NCBI GenBank assembly: GCA_963811165.1 | Contig: CAWEQH010000010.1 | Span: 224,001-288,000 of the forward strand | Source of the DNA: an uncultured Nitrospiraceae bacterium | GTDB lineage: Bacteria; Nitrospirota; Thermodesulfovibrionia; Thermodesulfovibrionales; UBA6898 | DNA length: 64,000 bases | Reading direction: 5' to 3' | Shown here: piece after piece, positions 40,043 to 50,230 of the stretch | Layout: each line of letters begins with the position of its first letter | Numbering within the stretch: the stretch's first letter is position 1 | Position numbers and translations under genes: made by a program | Notes under the pieces: generated by a model | Databases searched by the model: none | What the model was told of the DNA's origin: nothing | Seen by the model: the letters and a program-made list of their open reading frames with translations, nothing else

Positions 40043-40747
40043 ATGGCACTCATAGAAGCACAGGAGATCACAAGACATACAGGCTTGGTGATATTGAGCT
40101 GCATGCCCTCAATCATGTCTCGCTAGCTATAGAAAAAGGCGAATTTGTTGCGATCATGGGGCCTTCAGGCTCGGGCAAATCTACGTTTATGAATATTCTC
40201 GGATGTCTTGACAAGCCTACAGGCGGAAGATATCTGCTTGAAGGGATCGATGTGGGCAGCTTGGACAGGGATGAACTTGCAGGCATACGGAACAAAAAGC
40301 TGGGTTTTGTTTTCCAGGGATTCAATCTTCTGCCGAGGACATCTGCCGATCGAAAACGTTGAACTTCCGATGCTTGTATGACGGTCTTCCTGCAAAGGAG
40401 AGGACAGAGCAGTTCGCTGAGAGCGCTTCAAAAGTGTCGGGCTCGAAGGAAGGGGGACCACCATCCCAACCAGCTCTCAGGCGGGCAGCAGCAGAGGGTT
40501 GCCATTGCAAGGGCGCTTGGTGAACAACGCTCCCATAATTCTTGCTGACGAGCCGACCGGAAACCTCGACTACGAAGACGAGCGTCGGAGATCATGGAGC
40601 TTTTCGTGAAACTGAATAAAGAATCAAACATCACGGTAATACTTGTGACCCATGAGAATGATATAGCCGCATACAGCAAGACGGATAATCAAGTTTCCTT
40701 GACGGCCGTTGTCAGCGACGTACACGGAAGGATCGTGAAAGTCATGA
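40043..40747 (+). CDS. MacB/LolD-like ABC ATP-binding protein, several apparent frameshifts
   Basis: [58 protein letters not shown] in successive frames. Confidence 0.85.
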
Positions 40748-41981
40748 TCAACATCCCTTCAACTATACGAATATCCTTCAGGGCGCTAAGGGTGAACAAG
40801 ATGCGCTCTGCCCTTACCATGCTCGGCATTATCATCGGCGTCGGCGCTGTCATCGCGATGCTTGCCGTGGGCACAGGCGCAAGCAGGAAGATTGCGGAGC
40901 AGATCTCAAGCATGGGAAGCAACCTGCTCATGATACTCCCCGGTGCGACAACATCAGGAGGGGTCAGGATGGGCGCAGGGACCCAGCCTACGCTTACCAT
41001 GGCAGATGCTGAGGCGATACAGAAGGAATGCCCTGCGGTATCGGATGTGGCGCCTGTGCTCAACGGTGTGGCGCAGATTGTCTACGGCCATCAGAACTGG
41101 TCGACCGGGCGTGCAGCGGGACAACCCCCGGCATGCTTAACGTGAGGGACTGGCCATTGGCGTCAGGGAGGTCTTTTACGCGATCAGGACGTCAAGAGCG
41201 CGACAAAGGTCTGTCTGTCTGGGACAGACAGTTGTGGAAAACCTTTTCGGGGACTATAGACCCCGTCGGCCAGATCATCAGGATCAAGAAGGTGCCTTTC
41301 ACGGTTGTCGGCGTGCTCGCGGCAAAAGGACAGTCTCCCAAGGGCCAGGACCAGGACGATACGATCTATGTCCCTGTCACAACGGCCCAGAAAAAACTTT
41401 TCGGCACTACTTTCCCGGGCATGGTCAGGATTATCATGGTGAAGGCCAAGAGCGCTGAAGACCTCGGTCCGAGCGGAAAAACAGATAACCGAGCTGCTAA
41501 GGCAGAGGCACCACATCGGTCAGAAACAGGAGAACGATTTTACGGTCAGGAACCTTACCCAGATCATGCAGGCTGCGGAACAGTCAACCAAGGTGATGAC
41601 CCTGTTGCTTGGAGCGATAGCCTCTGTTTCCCTTCTTGGTTGGAGGCATCGGCATTATGAACATCATGCTTGTCTCGGTCACTGAAAGGACAAGGGAGAT
41701 CGGCATCAGGATGGCGATCGGCGCAAAGACATGGGACATAAGGCTGCAGTTCATCATCGAGGCGCTCACTCTTTCGTTGATCGGTGGCGTTGCGGGATAA
41801 TCTATAGGGATATCGGGTTCGAAGATAATTGCTATGGTGGCGGGCTGGACCACTGTTGTCTCGCCTTTCTCGGTCGTGATCGGCCTTCGGTTTTTCAGGC
41901 CTGGTTGGGATATTCTTCGGGTTCTATCCGGCATATAAGGCGTCGCTTCTTGACCCGATAGAGGCGTTGAGATATGAATAA
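40744..41981 (+). CDS. MacB-like ABC permease, several apparent frameshifts
   Basis: [62 protein letters not shown]. Confidence 0.85.
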
Positions 41982-43371
41982 GCTATCTAAGATAACGCCC
42001 CCAGCTCCGCTCTCCCCCTCTTTAGCAAAGAGGGGGGCAGGGGGAGTTATGATTCCTGTCCTTCTTTTGTTGATCATTGCGGGCATACTATTTTCGTGCG
42101 CTACCGCATCTGCCGAGGTGTTGACGCTTCCCGAAGGACTGAGGCTGGTCACACAAAACAGCAGGCTTATTAGGATATCCCTCGGCGATGAAAGAATATC
42201 CGAAGCCGATTCGTGGATCGAAAAAGCCAGGCTATATCCCACGGTAAATGCGGCCGCAGGCGGTACCCTTCTTGCGCACCAGCCTGGCGCGGTCTTCGGC
42301 GACATCTCGGTCCCCATGTCGCAGAAGGATTTTTATAACTACAGTTTGAACGTCCGGCAGACCCTCTACGACTTCAGGGAGAACGCCTCCAGATACGGGT
42401 CGTCCATGATGAAAGTGGAGGCGAAGAAACTCGACACGCGAAGGATAAGAAATCTTGCTGCGATCGAGTTCGCGGTCATCTATTTCGACATCCTCGAATC
42501 AGAGAAGATGGTCTATGTGGCAGAGAAGGAGGTCGAGAGGCTCGAATCCCACCTGCGCGATGCCAAAAACCTCTATGATGAGGGCTCAATAACGAAAAAC
42601 GACCTGCTTCAGGCAGAGGTGAGGCTTTCAGACGCAAGACAAAGGCTGCTGATCGCAAAGACCGGCAGGGAGATAAACGCCTCCCGCCTCAATAATTCAC
42701 TTGCCAGGCCGCTTAAGACCCGAGTGGAGGTGGTCGATGTGAGGGAAATTCCCCGGGAGTTCCTCGATGTCAATATGGACATGGAAAAGGCGTGGGAGGT
42801 TGCGGAGAAACAGAGGCCGGAGATACAGATAGTGGATGCAACGCTTAAGTCCCTCGATTTAGACGAAGAGGCGAAGAAGGCCGAATTTTACCCGAAGCTC
42901 TTTGCGGAGGGTTCATATGATTATACCCAGAACCGCTACGCGACCGCCCAGGGGAACTGGGCCGCGACTTTGGGCCTCGGCATCAACCTTTTTAGCGGCG
43001 GAAAGACAAAGGCGGAGGTGGCGAAGGTCAGGTTTCAGAGGGAGAAGCTGATCGAGCAGAGGAACCAACTTGTTGATGAGATAAGACTTGAAGTCGAAAG
43101 ATATATCCTCGATTCAGTCACGGCGCGGGACAGGGTGAAGGTCACAAAGGATGCTGTCCGCCAGGCGGAGGAGAATCTGAGAATAAACAGGGTAAGGTAC
43201 ACGGAGGGAGTCGGCACGGCCACTGAAGTCCTCGATGCGGTGACATTGCTCTCCGTTGCCGAGACGAATTACTATAGATCGGTCTATGATTTAGGGAAAG
43301 TCGGAGATATCGGTGCTCTATGCGATCGGGAAAGACTTGGTGGAGGTATACTGATAACGACCCTCTACTGA
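41974..43371 (+). CDS. TolC-family outer membrane efflux protein (likely indel near the 3' end)
   Basis: Signal peptide, two OEP repeats ([27 protein letters not shown]). Confidence 0.9.
   Translation: MNKLSKITPPAPLSPSLAKRGAGGVMIPVLLLLIIAGILFSCATASAEVLTLPEGLRLVTQNSRLIRISLGDERISEADSWIEKARLYPTVNAAAGGTLLAHQPGAVFGDISVPMSQKDFYNYSLNVRQTLYDFRENASRYGSSMMKVEAKKLDTRRIRNLAAIEFAVIYFDILESEKMVYVAEKEVERLESHLRDAKNLYDEGSITKNDLLQAEVRLSDARQRLLIAKTGREINASRLNNSLARPLKTRVEVVDVREIPREFLDVNMDMEKAWEVAEKQRPEIQIVDATLKSLDLDEEAKKAEFYPKLFAEGSYDYTQNRYATAQGNWAATLGLGINLFSGGKTKAEVAKVRFQREKLIEQRNQLVDEIRLEVERYILDSVTARDRVKVTKDAVRQAEENLRINRVRYTEGVGTATEVLDAVTLLSVAETNYYRSVYDLGKVGDIGALCDRERLGGGILITTLY
42014..42036. repeat. REP-like palindrome, copy 1 (inside 5' end of tolC ORF)
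   Basis: CCCCCTCTTT-AGC-AAAGAGGGGG. Confidence 0.75.
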
Positions 43372-43388
43372 AGCCATAACTCCGCAAA

Positions 43389-43411
43389 CCCCCTCTTATC
43401 TTAAGAGGGGG
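43389..43411. repeat. REP-like palindrome, copy 2 (tolC-emrA intergenic)
   Basis: CCCCCTCTTA-TCT-TAAGAGGGGG followed by small hairpin GTCC-GAA-GGAC. Confidence 0.75.
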
Positions 43412-43464
43412 TGTCCGAAGGACGGGAGCGTTACTTTAAGAATGGGAGTTACTGTGAGGATAAA

Positions 43465-44580
43465 ATGGACGAAATGAAACAGAACGAGGGTAATCAGCCC
43501 CTCAACAATAACCAGAGTAGAAAAAAGACGGCCTTGATTGTCTTTGCCGCCCTTGCAATCATCGGCGCCGTAGTAGTCTATTTTTATCTGCAGTATAAGA
43601 GCACTCATATCACCACAGACGACGCCTTTATAGACGGCCACATCCATACAATAGCGGCAAAGATAAACGGTACGGTAAAGAAGGTCTATGTGGAACATAA
43701 TCAATTGGTAAAGCAGGGCGACATCCTTGTCGAGGTAGATCCGATTGATTACGATGTGAAAGTGAACGAGGCAGCATCTGCAGTCAATGCGGAAAAGGCA
43801 AAGCTTACCGAAAGGGAGGCGGGGATTGAGGCCTCCAAAAAATTACTGGCGGAGCTTGGGGCAAGACTTGAGGCCGCAAAGGCGAACCTGCAACTTCAGG
43901 AGGCCAACTTTAAGCAGGCCGAGATTGATGTGCGCCGGGCAGAGGGGCTTTTCAAAAAAGATACAATCTCGAAAGAAAGACTCGAAAGGGTGCAGACTGC
44001 ATATGATGTTTCAAAGGCACAGGTCAAGTCAGCAAGGGAACTCCTCAAACAGGCCGAGGTTGCGCTAGAAACCCAGCGGGCCATGGTAAAGCAATCAGAG
44101 GCCGCAAGAGCGACGCAATCGGCAACTGTTAAGCAAAAGGAAGCGACCTTAGAAACCGCAACGCTGAATTCCGGCTATACAAAGGTTGTTGCGCCGATAG
44201 ATGGTTATGTAACGAAGAAGTCTGTTGAGGTGGGCAACCAAATACAGGCGGGACAGCCTATCATGGCGGTTGTACCTCTTAGCGATATTTATGTGACTGC
44301 GAATTACAAAGAGACCCAGCTTGAGAAGGTGAGGCCCGGACAGAAGGTGGATATTAAGGTCGATACCTATCCGGGAAAGGTATTTAAAGGCAAGGTCGAA
44401 AGTATTATGGCCGGCACCGGCGCGGTCTTTTCTCTTTTTCCTCCTGAGAACGCAACCGGAAATTTTGTGAAGGTCGTGCAGAGGATTCCGGTAAAGATCG
44501 TGTTCGAAAAGAATGCCGACCCTGATCATGTGCTTAGGATGGGGATGTCGGTGGAGCCGACCGTACTTATTGAGAAGTAA
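43465..44580 (+). CDS. EmrA/HlyD-family membrane fusion protein
   Basis: TDDAFIDG, ANYKETQL, FSLFPPENATGNFVKVVQRIPVKI; GAGGA RBS before ATG 43465. Confidence 0.94.
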   Translation: MDEMKQNEGNQPLNNNQSRKKTALIVFAALAIIGAVVVYFYLQYKSTHITTDDAFIDGHIHTIAAKINGTVKKVYVEHNQLVKQGDILVEVDPIDYDVKVNEAASAVNAEKAKLTEREAGIEASKKLLAELGARLEAAKANLQLQEANFKQAEIDVRRAEGLFKKDTISKERLERVQTAYDVSKAQVKSARELLKQAEVALETQRAMVKQSEAARATQSATVKQKEATLETATLNSGYTKVVAPIDGYVTKKSVEVGNQIQAGQPIMAVVPLSDIYVTANYKETQLEKVRPGQKVDIKVDTYPGKVFKGKVESIMAGTGAVFSLFPPENATGNFVKVVQRIPVKIVFEKNADPDHVLRMGMSVEPTVLIEK

Positions 44581-44627
44581 CGCGCAATGGCGGAGGCTGC
44601 TGCGCATATCTCGGGATAATCTGGCTC

Positions 44628-45422
44628 ATGGACGACTGGAAGCAAAACATCTATTTTGTCCTTGTGGAACCGAAGGAGCCGGGGAATATCGGGGCATCGG
44701 CAAGGGCGATAAAGAACATGGGGTTCAGAAACCTCTGCCTTGTGAAGCCGCCTGCCGAGATGTCCGGGGAGGGGAGGTGGTTCGCCCGCAATGCTCATGA
44801 CGTACTCGATGCCGCGGAGGTCTATGATTCTTTGGGGGAGGCGATAAAGGACAAGGCCTTGGTCGTGGGGACGACGAGAAGGAAAGGGAAAAGGCGCGGG
44901 GTCATTTTGCCGGTAGAAAAAGGGGTGACAAGGGTCTGCGACATGGCGGCCAAGAATAAGGTCGCCATCCTATTTGGCCGGGAGGCAAGGGGTCTTTTTA
45001 ACGAAGAGGTCGAGGAATGCGGTTTCATGCTCAACATCCCAAGCAGCAAGATCCAGCCCTCTTTGAACCTGGCCCAGGCAGTCTTACTTACCGCATACGA
45101 ACTTTCGAAATGCGGATATCTGCCCGGGGACGCGGGCAGCGAAATAGGAAAAAAGAAATTAAACAACTGGTCCCTCAAAGGAGACCTTGCCTCCCATGGA
45201 GAGGTCGATCCTTTATATGAGAGGATATCCGGCGTGCTCGAGCTTCTGGATTATATCCCCAGGGGCGACAGGAACCTAAGCAAAAAAATCATCACGAACC
45301 TCAAGCATTTTATCGGAAGGGCAGGGCTTACCGAGTGGGAGCTTAACATGCTCCACGGCATATGCACCCAGATAGAAAAGAAGGTGCCCAAGAGACAGTC
45401 GATTAAGGACCCTCATGAATAA
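44628..45422 (+). CDS. SPOUT RNA methyltransferase, TrmJ/LasT family
   Basis: VLVEP..PGNIGASARA.KNMG, FGRE..GL.NEE, SLNLAQAV. Confidence 0.92.
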   Translation: MDDWKQNIYFVLVEPKEPGNIGASARAIKNMGFRNLCLVKPPAEMSGEGRWFARNAHDVLDAAEVYDSLGEAIKDKALVVGTTRRKGKRRGVILPVEKGVTRVCDMAAKNKVAILFGREARGLFNEEVEECGFMLNIPSSKIQPSLNLAQAVLLTAYELSKCGYLPGDAGSEIGKKKLNNWSLKGDLASHGEVDPLYERISGVLELLDYIPRGDRNLSKKIITNLKHFIGRAGLTEWELNMLHGICTQIEKKVPKRQSIKDPHE

Positions 45423-46956
45423 ATGGAGTAAATGGATCATCGCTCTGACCGTCATGCTCCCGACCCTGATCGAGATCATCGACACGTCGGTGGTGAACGT
45501 GTCGTTAGACCATATCAGGGGCAGCCTTTCGGCGGGCATCGACGAGTCGACATGGACAATCACCTCTTATCTTGTCTCAAACGCGATCATCATCCCCATG
45601 ACCGGATGGCTGAGCAGGCTCTTCGGAAGAAAACGGTACCTCGTCATTTCAGTAACGCTCTTTACCATTAGCTCTTTCCTCTGCGGTATGGCATGGAGCC
45701 TCCAGAGCCTTGTTATTTTCAGGATACTTCAGGGCGTAGGCGGCGGCGCTTTCCAGCCGATATCACAATCCATATTGCTTGAGACCTTCCCACGAAAACA
45801 GCACGGCATGGCGATGGCCCTTTTCGGGGTCGGCATAATGTTCGGCCCGATAATCGGGCCGGTCCTCGGGGGATGGATCACGGACAACTGGTCCTGGCAC
45901 TGGATATTCTTCATCAACATCCCGATCGGCATCGTTTCGGTCCTTATGATACTTTTATTCATACAAGACCCGCCCTATATGCAGCGGATGAAGATGAAGA
46001 TCGATTACTGGGGTCTTGCACTTCTGAGCGTCGGGCTCGGCAGCCTGCAGATAGTTCTGGACAAGGGCCAAAGGGACGATTGGTTTTCCTCTGAATTCAT
46101 CACGGTGCTTACCCTTGTTTCGGCGGTCTCCCTTTTTCTTTTTGTGATTGTAGAGCGCTATTTTGCCGAGCATCCGATCGTGAACTTCAAGACCTTTAGA
46201 AACATGTCATTCAGCACCGGCAACGCAGTCATGTTCTTTGCCTTTTTCAACCTCTTCGGCAGTATCGTGCTGCTCCCGATCTATCTGCAGACCTTGATGG
46301 GCTATAATGCGACGCTGGCCGGTCTGGTGCTCGGCCCGGGCGGTATCGCTACGCTGATCGCCATGCCTATTGCAGGGCGACTGGTCACAAAGGTGAACCC
46401 AAAGGCCCTTCTTGCCTTCGGCATCACCGTGGCGGCATATTCGACCCATCTCATGTCACAGTTCAGTCTGCTGGCCGATTTCCGCACCGTCATATGGCCG
46501 AGGATCGTTTTAGGTGTCGGTATGGGATTTCTCTTCATTCCGCTTACTACGATGACGATGTCCAGTATCAAAAAGGAGGACATGGGGAATGCATCTGCGA
46601 TATACAATCTCCTTCGGAACCTCGGGGGGAGTTTCGGCGTTGCCTTTGTGACGACGATCATCGCCAGAGGCGCGCAGACGCACCAAAACAGCCTCGTTGA
46701 ACATCTTACCCCGTTTGACAGGGGGTATCAGATAGCGGTTTCGCAGGCGGGGCATGCACTGGCATACTCCGGAATGAATCCTGTGGTGGCCCGTAGCGCC
46801 GGTCCTGAAACGATATATGGGCAGCTCCTTCGTCAGGCGTCGATGCTTTCTTTTAATGAGGCATTCTATCTCCTCAGTATCTTCATGATCCTGATCCTCC
46901 CGCTCGTCTTTCTGATGAAGAAAGCGAAGGGCGAGGCGCAGGCGGGGATGCATTGA
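45415..46956 (+). CDS. EmrB/DHA2-family MFS efflux permease
   Basis: IEIIDTSVVNV, WTITSYLVSNA, GPVLGGWITDN.SW.WIFFINIP. Confidence 0.94.
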   Translation: MNKWSKWIIALTVMLPTLIEIIDTSVVNVSLDHIRGSLSAGIDESTWTITSYLVSNAIIIPMTGWLSRLFGRKRYLVISVTLFTISSFLCGMAWSLQSLVIFRILQGVGGGAFQPISQSILLETFPRKQHGMAMALFGVGIMFGPIIGPVLGGWITDNWSWHWIFFINIPIGIVSVLMILLFIQDPPYMQRMKMKIDYWGLALLSVGLGSLQIVLDKGQRDDWFSSEFITVLTLVSAVSLFLFVIVERYFAEHPIVNFKTFRNMSFSTGNAVMFFAFFNLFGSIVLLPIYLQTLMGYNATLAGLVLGPGGIATLIAMPIAGRLVTKVNPKALLAFGITVAAYSTHLMSQFSLLADFRTVIWPRIVLGVGMGFLFIPLTTMTMSSIKKEDMGNASAIYNLLRNLGGSFGVAFVTTIIARGAQTHQNSLVEHLTPFDRGYQIAVSQAGHALAYSGMNPVVARSAGPETIYGQLLRQASMLSFNEAFYLLSIFMILILPLVFLMKKAKGEAQAGMH

Positions 46957-47157
46957 GACGGGCGGTCACATGCCGGAGAGGACCATCTTTTCGCTCATTC
47001 TCGGCCCCGAAAGTTATCGAGGTCTCCGAGGCAATTTCTCACATCGCCTGCCCAGGCAATGCGAGAAATTGAAGCTGCTCAAAGACGGTCCTCTCCGGCG
47101 TGATAACAAGAGCGTTTAGTAGTATCATAAATTTGGCAAATAAATGCGAAATTTGTT

Positions 47158-47186
47158 TTGACATTTATTTTTAGAATATGTATCAT
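47158..47186 (+). promoter_or_regulatory. sigma70 promoter of cold-shock gene
   Basis: TTGACA 47158-47163, 17 bp, TATCAT 47181-47186. Confidence 0.7.
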
Positions 47187-47314
47187 TCGTACTGAAGTTT
47201 AAGGAGTTTTTGTTTCTGACGAGGCCACAAAGACTTTTAGCTTTGCGGCCTTTTTTGTTGATGCGGTGCAGTCACATCCCGAGACTTTAGTTTATACGTA
47301 AGGAGGTAACCGAT

Positions 47315-47515
47315 ATGGCGAACGGAACAGTGAAATGGTTCAACGAGTCAAAGGGGTTTGGCTTTATCACTACCGAAGACAGCGGCGATGTATTTGTTCA
47401 CTATTCCGCCATCCAAAGCAACGGGTTTAAGTCCCTTGCAGAGGGTGATGCGGTCAGCTTCGACATTGAAAAGGGCCCGAAGGGTCCCAAGGCGATAAAC
47501 GTAGTTAAGGCCTAG
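47315..47515 (+). CDS. Cold-shock protein (CspA family)
   Basis: [35 protein letters not shown]. Confidence 0.97.
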   Translation: MANGTVKWFNESKGFGFITTEDSGDVFVHYSAIQSNGFKSLAEGDAVSFDIEKGPKGPKAINVVKA

Positions 47516-47539
47516 TCGAATTTCGATAATTGTTTAGAT

Positions 47540-47568
47540 AAGTCCCCCTGCAAACGGGGGACTTTTTT
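47540..47568 (+). terminator. Intrinsic terminator after csp
   Basis: AAGTCCCCC / GGGGGACTT stem plus T-run. Confidence 0.85.
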
Positions 47569-47721
47569 GTGTGCGGATACGAATCCATTGGCACCGTGAG
47601 AAGACGTTCTCCCTTCTCACAGGGTTGACATTTTCCCCTGGATTATTCTATAAAAAGTAAGGGCTTGCATCATTCACGCCCGTCGCGGCAAAATCTGATT
47701 ACCATCATTGTGAGGTGTGAT

Positions 47722-49638
47722 ATGACTGTGCAAAAATTCGAATTCAAGACTGAAGTTAAAGAACTTCTCAACCTGATGATCCATTCCCTTTATTCCCATA
47801 AGGAGATATTCCTCCGGGAGCTGATCTCAAACGCCTCAGACGCCATCGACAAGGCACGGTACGAGTCCCTCACTAATAGCGGAATCATAGACGCTGCCGG
47901 CCCATGGAAGATCATGATAAAAAGGGACAAGGCCGCCGGGACGCTGACTGTCGGCGACAACGGTATCGGCATGACAAAGGATGAGATGATAGAGGCCCTA
48001 GGCACGATCGCCCATTCCGGAACGACCGACTTTCTCAAGGCTCTTCACGACAAGGACGTCAAGGACAAGCCGGAGCTTATCGGACAGTTCGGTGTCGGTT
48101 TTTATTCTTCTTTTATGGTTGCCGACAAGGTTGTGGTTATCTCGAGAAAGACCGGTGCGGCGGACAAGAAAGCGGTCTCATGGCAATCCGCCGCGGACGG
48201 TCTCTTTACGGTGGATGAAGCCGAAAAAGAGACGGTCGGTACCGACATTGTGCTGTACCTTAAAGAAGAGGAAAAGAAATATCTCGAAGAATGGGAGTTG
48301 CGTTCCGTCATCAAGAAATACTCCGACTACATCGAATACCCGATCGTCATGGAGGTAGAGAGGGAAAAGGAGGACGAGAAAGAGAAGGGCAAAAGGGTAA
48401 AGGTAACGGAGGAAGAGACGATCAACTCCGGAAAGGCGATCTGGCTTAAGGACAAATCCGAGGTTCAAGACAGCGAATACAAGGAGTTTTATAGGCATAT
48501 TTCGCATGATTTCGGAGACCCGGCAAAGATCATCCACTATAAGGCAGAGGGGACCTCGGAATTTACCGCCCTCTTTTACATACCTTCCAAGGCCCCTTTG
48601 GGGATGTTTTACAAGGATTACAAGATCGGTCCGGCCCTTTATGTGAAGAGGGTCCAGATCATGGACCATTGCGAGCAGCTGGTCCCGGAGTACCTTAGGT
48701 TTATAAAGGGCGTGGTCGATTCGTCCGACTTGCCATTAAACGTTTCGAGGGAGATTCTCCAGAACAACAGGCATGTGGAGATCATAAAAAAGAATGTAGT
48801 AAGGAAGGTGCTCGACACCCTCGCTGAGATGAAAAAAAACGATTATCCTCAGTACGTCGATTTTTACAAGGAATTCGGCAGGGTACTGAAAGAGGGCATT
48901 CATTACGATTTTTCCAAGAAGGAACAGATAGCAGACCTTCTCCTTTTCCACTCGTCAAAGACCGGGGCCGATACGTTTACTACCCTCCAGGATTACGTAA
49001 ATGCACTGCCGGCCGGTCAGGAGGACATCTATTATATTACCGGAAAGACGTACGAGGAGGTCTCGAAATCCCCTTATCTTGAGGCGTTCAGGGAGAAGGA
49101 CTACGAGGTGCTTGTCATGCTCGACGATATCGATGATTTCATCATGGGCGACCTTTTTGAATACAAGGGAAAGAAATTGAGGTCCGTGGTCAAGGGCGAC
49201 ATCGATCTGGACAAGGACGGGGCATCGGCAAAGGAAAAGGTAAAAGGGGAATACGAGAAACTGATCGAGTTTGTCAGGGAGATGTTAAAGGACGATGTCA
49301 AGGACGTAAGGCTCTCCGGACGGCTGAAGGACTCTGCCTGTTGCCTTGTTACGGAAGAGGGCGGTCTCGACCCCAATATGGAGAAGATGCTTAAGGCCAT
49401 GGGCCAGGAGGTCCCCCCAACGAAGAGGGTCCTCGAAATAAACCCTTCTCATCCCCTGCTTGAAACGATGAAGGCGGTACTTGAGAAAGAGGGGAGGGCG
49501 CCTGTATTAAAAGAATACGCCGAACTCCTCTATAACCAGGCATTGCTTCTGGAGGGGTCACGGCCGAAAGATCCCGCGACATTTGTCAAGTCCATTTCGA
49601 AACTCATGGTCGATAACGCCAAACAAAAGACCGGGTGA
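47722..49638 (+). CDS. htpG: Hsp90 chaperone HtpG
   Basis: SLYSHKEIFLRELISNASDA, DNGIGM, IGQFGVGFYS, DLPLNVSRE.LQ, LEINP.HP; GAGGTG RBS. Confidence 0.97.
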   Translation: MTVQKFEFKTEVKELLNLMIHSLYSHKEIFLRELISNASDAIDKARYESLTNSGIIDAAGPWKIMIKRDKAAGTLTVGDNGIGMTKDEMIEALGTIAHSGTTDFLKALHDKDVKDKPELIGQFGVGFYSSFMVADKVVVISRKTGAADKKAVSWQSAADGLFTVDEAEKETVGTDIVLYLKEEEKKYLEEWELRSVIKKYSDYIEYPIVMEVEREKEDEKEKGKRVKVTEEETINSGKAIWLKDKSEVQDSEYKEFYRHISHDFGDPAKIIHYKAEGTSEFTALFYIPSKAPLGMFYKDYKIGPALYVKRVQIMDHCEQLVPEYLRFIKGVVDSSDLPLNVSREILQNNRHVEIIKKNVVRKVLDTLAEMKKNDYPQYVDFYKEFGRVLKEGIHYDFSKKEQIADLLLFHSSKTGADTFTTLQDYVNALPAGQEDIYYITGKTYEEVSKSPYLEAFREKDYEVLVMLDDIDDFIMGDLFEYKGKKLRSVVKGDIDLDKDGASAKEKVKGEYEKLIEFVREMLKDDVKDVRLSGRLKDSACCLVTEEGGLDPNMEKMLKAMGQEVPPTKRVLEINPSHPLLETMKAVLEKEGRAPVLKEYAELLYNQALLLEGSRPKDPATFVKSISKLMVDNAKQKTG

Positions 49639-49645
49639 CGCCTTC

Positions 49646-50230
49646 TTACAGTACGTGAACGCCGAATTTCTTGAGGGCCTCTGCCAGGGCGCTCAGGGGG
49701 AGACCGATGACATTGAAATAATCTCCCTCGATTTTTTCAACTATCAAAGAGCCCAGGCCCTGGATTGCATAAGCCCCCGCTTTATCCAGGGGTTCCCCTG
49801 TCCTTACATAGGACAAGATCTCTTTTTTCGTCAATTTTCTGAACCATACTTTTGTCTCGACCGACCTCGAAACGATCTTGCCGGTTTCAGTATCGATGAT
49901 CGTAAGTCCCGTAACGACTGAATGGGACCTTCCGTTGAGAAGTCCAAGCATCCGGATCGCCTCTTTCTCGGTGTGGGGCTTCCCCATCAGGTGATCCCTA
50001 TAAACGATGAAGGTGTCTGCCGCAATAATAAGCGCATCGCGGTATTTTTTTGCCACCGTCTTTGCCTTTTCCGAGGAAAGACGCCGCGCCAGAAAGCGTG
50101 GGTTCATTCCCGGGAGCAACACTTCCTCATAACTGCTGGGATCGACACTAAAAGGCAGCCCTGTTATGGCAAGCAGCTCCTTTCTCCTTGGAGACGAGGA
50201 AGCCAGCACTATCTTCTTTCTGTCAGACAT
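49646..50230 (-). CDS. maf: Maf-family nucleoside triphosphate pyrophosphatase
   Basis: LASSSPRRKELL, ADT, GKP, DKAGAYAIQG, NVIGLP. Confidence 0.95.
   Translation of the reverse strand: MSDRKKIVLASSSPRRKELLAITGLPFSVDPSSYEEVLLPGMNPRFLARRLSSEKAKTVAKKYRDALIIAADTFIVYRDHLMGKPHTEKEAIRMLGLLNGRSHSVVTGLTIIDTETGKIVSRSVETKVWFRKLTKKEILSYVRTGEPLDKAGAYAIQGLGSLIVEKIEGDYFNVIGLPLSALAEALKKFGVHVL

Noticed and set aside
47580..47721. Heat-shock CIRCE element before htpG; ORF-track start at 47665
   Set aside because: No TTAGCACTC-N9-GAGTGCTAA; the RBS and HtpG homology support ATG 47722.
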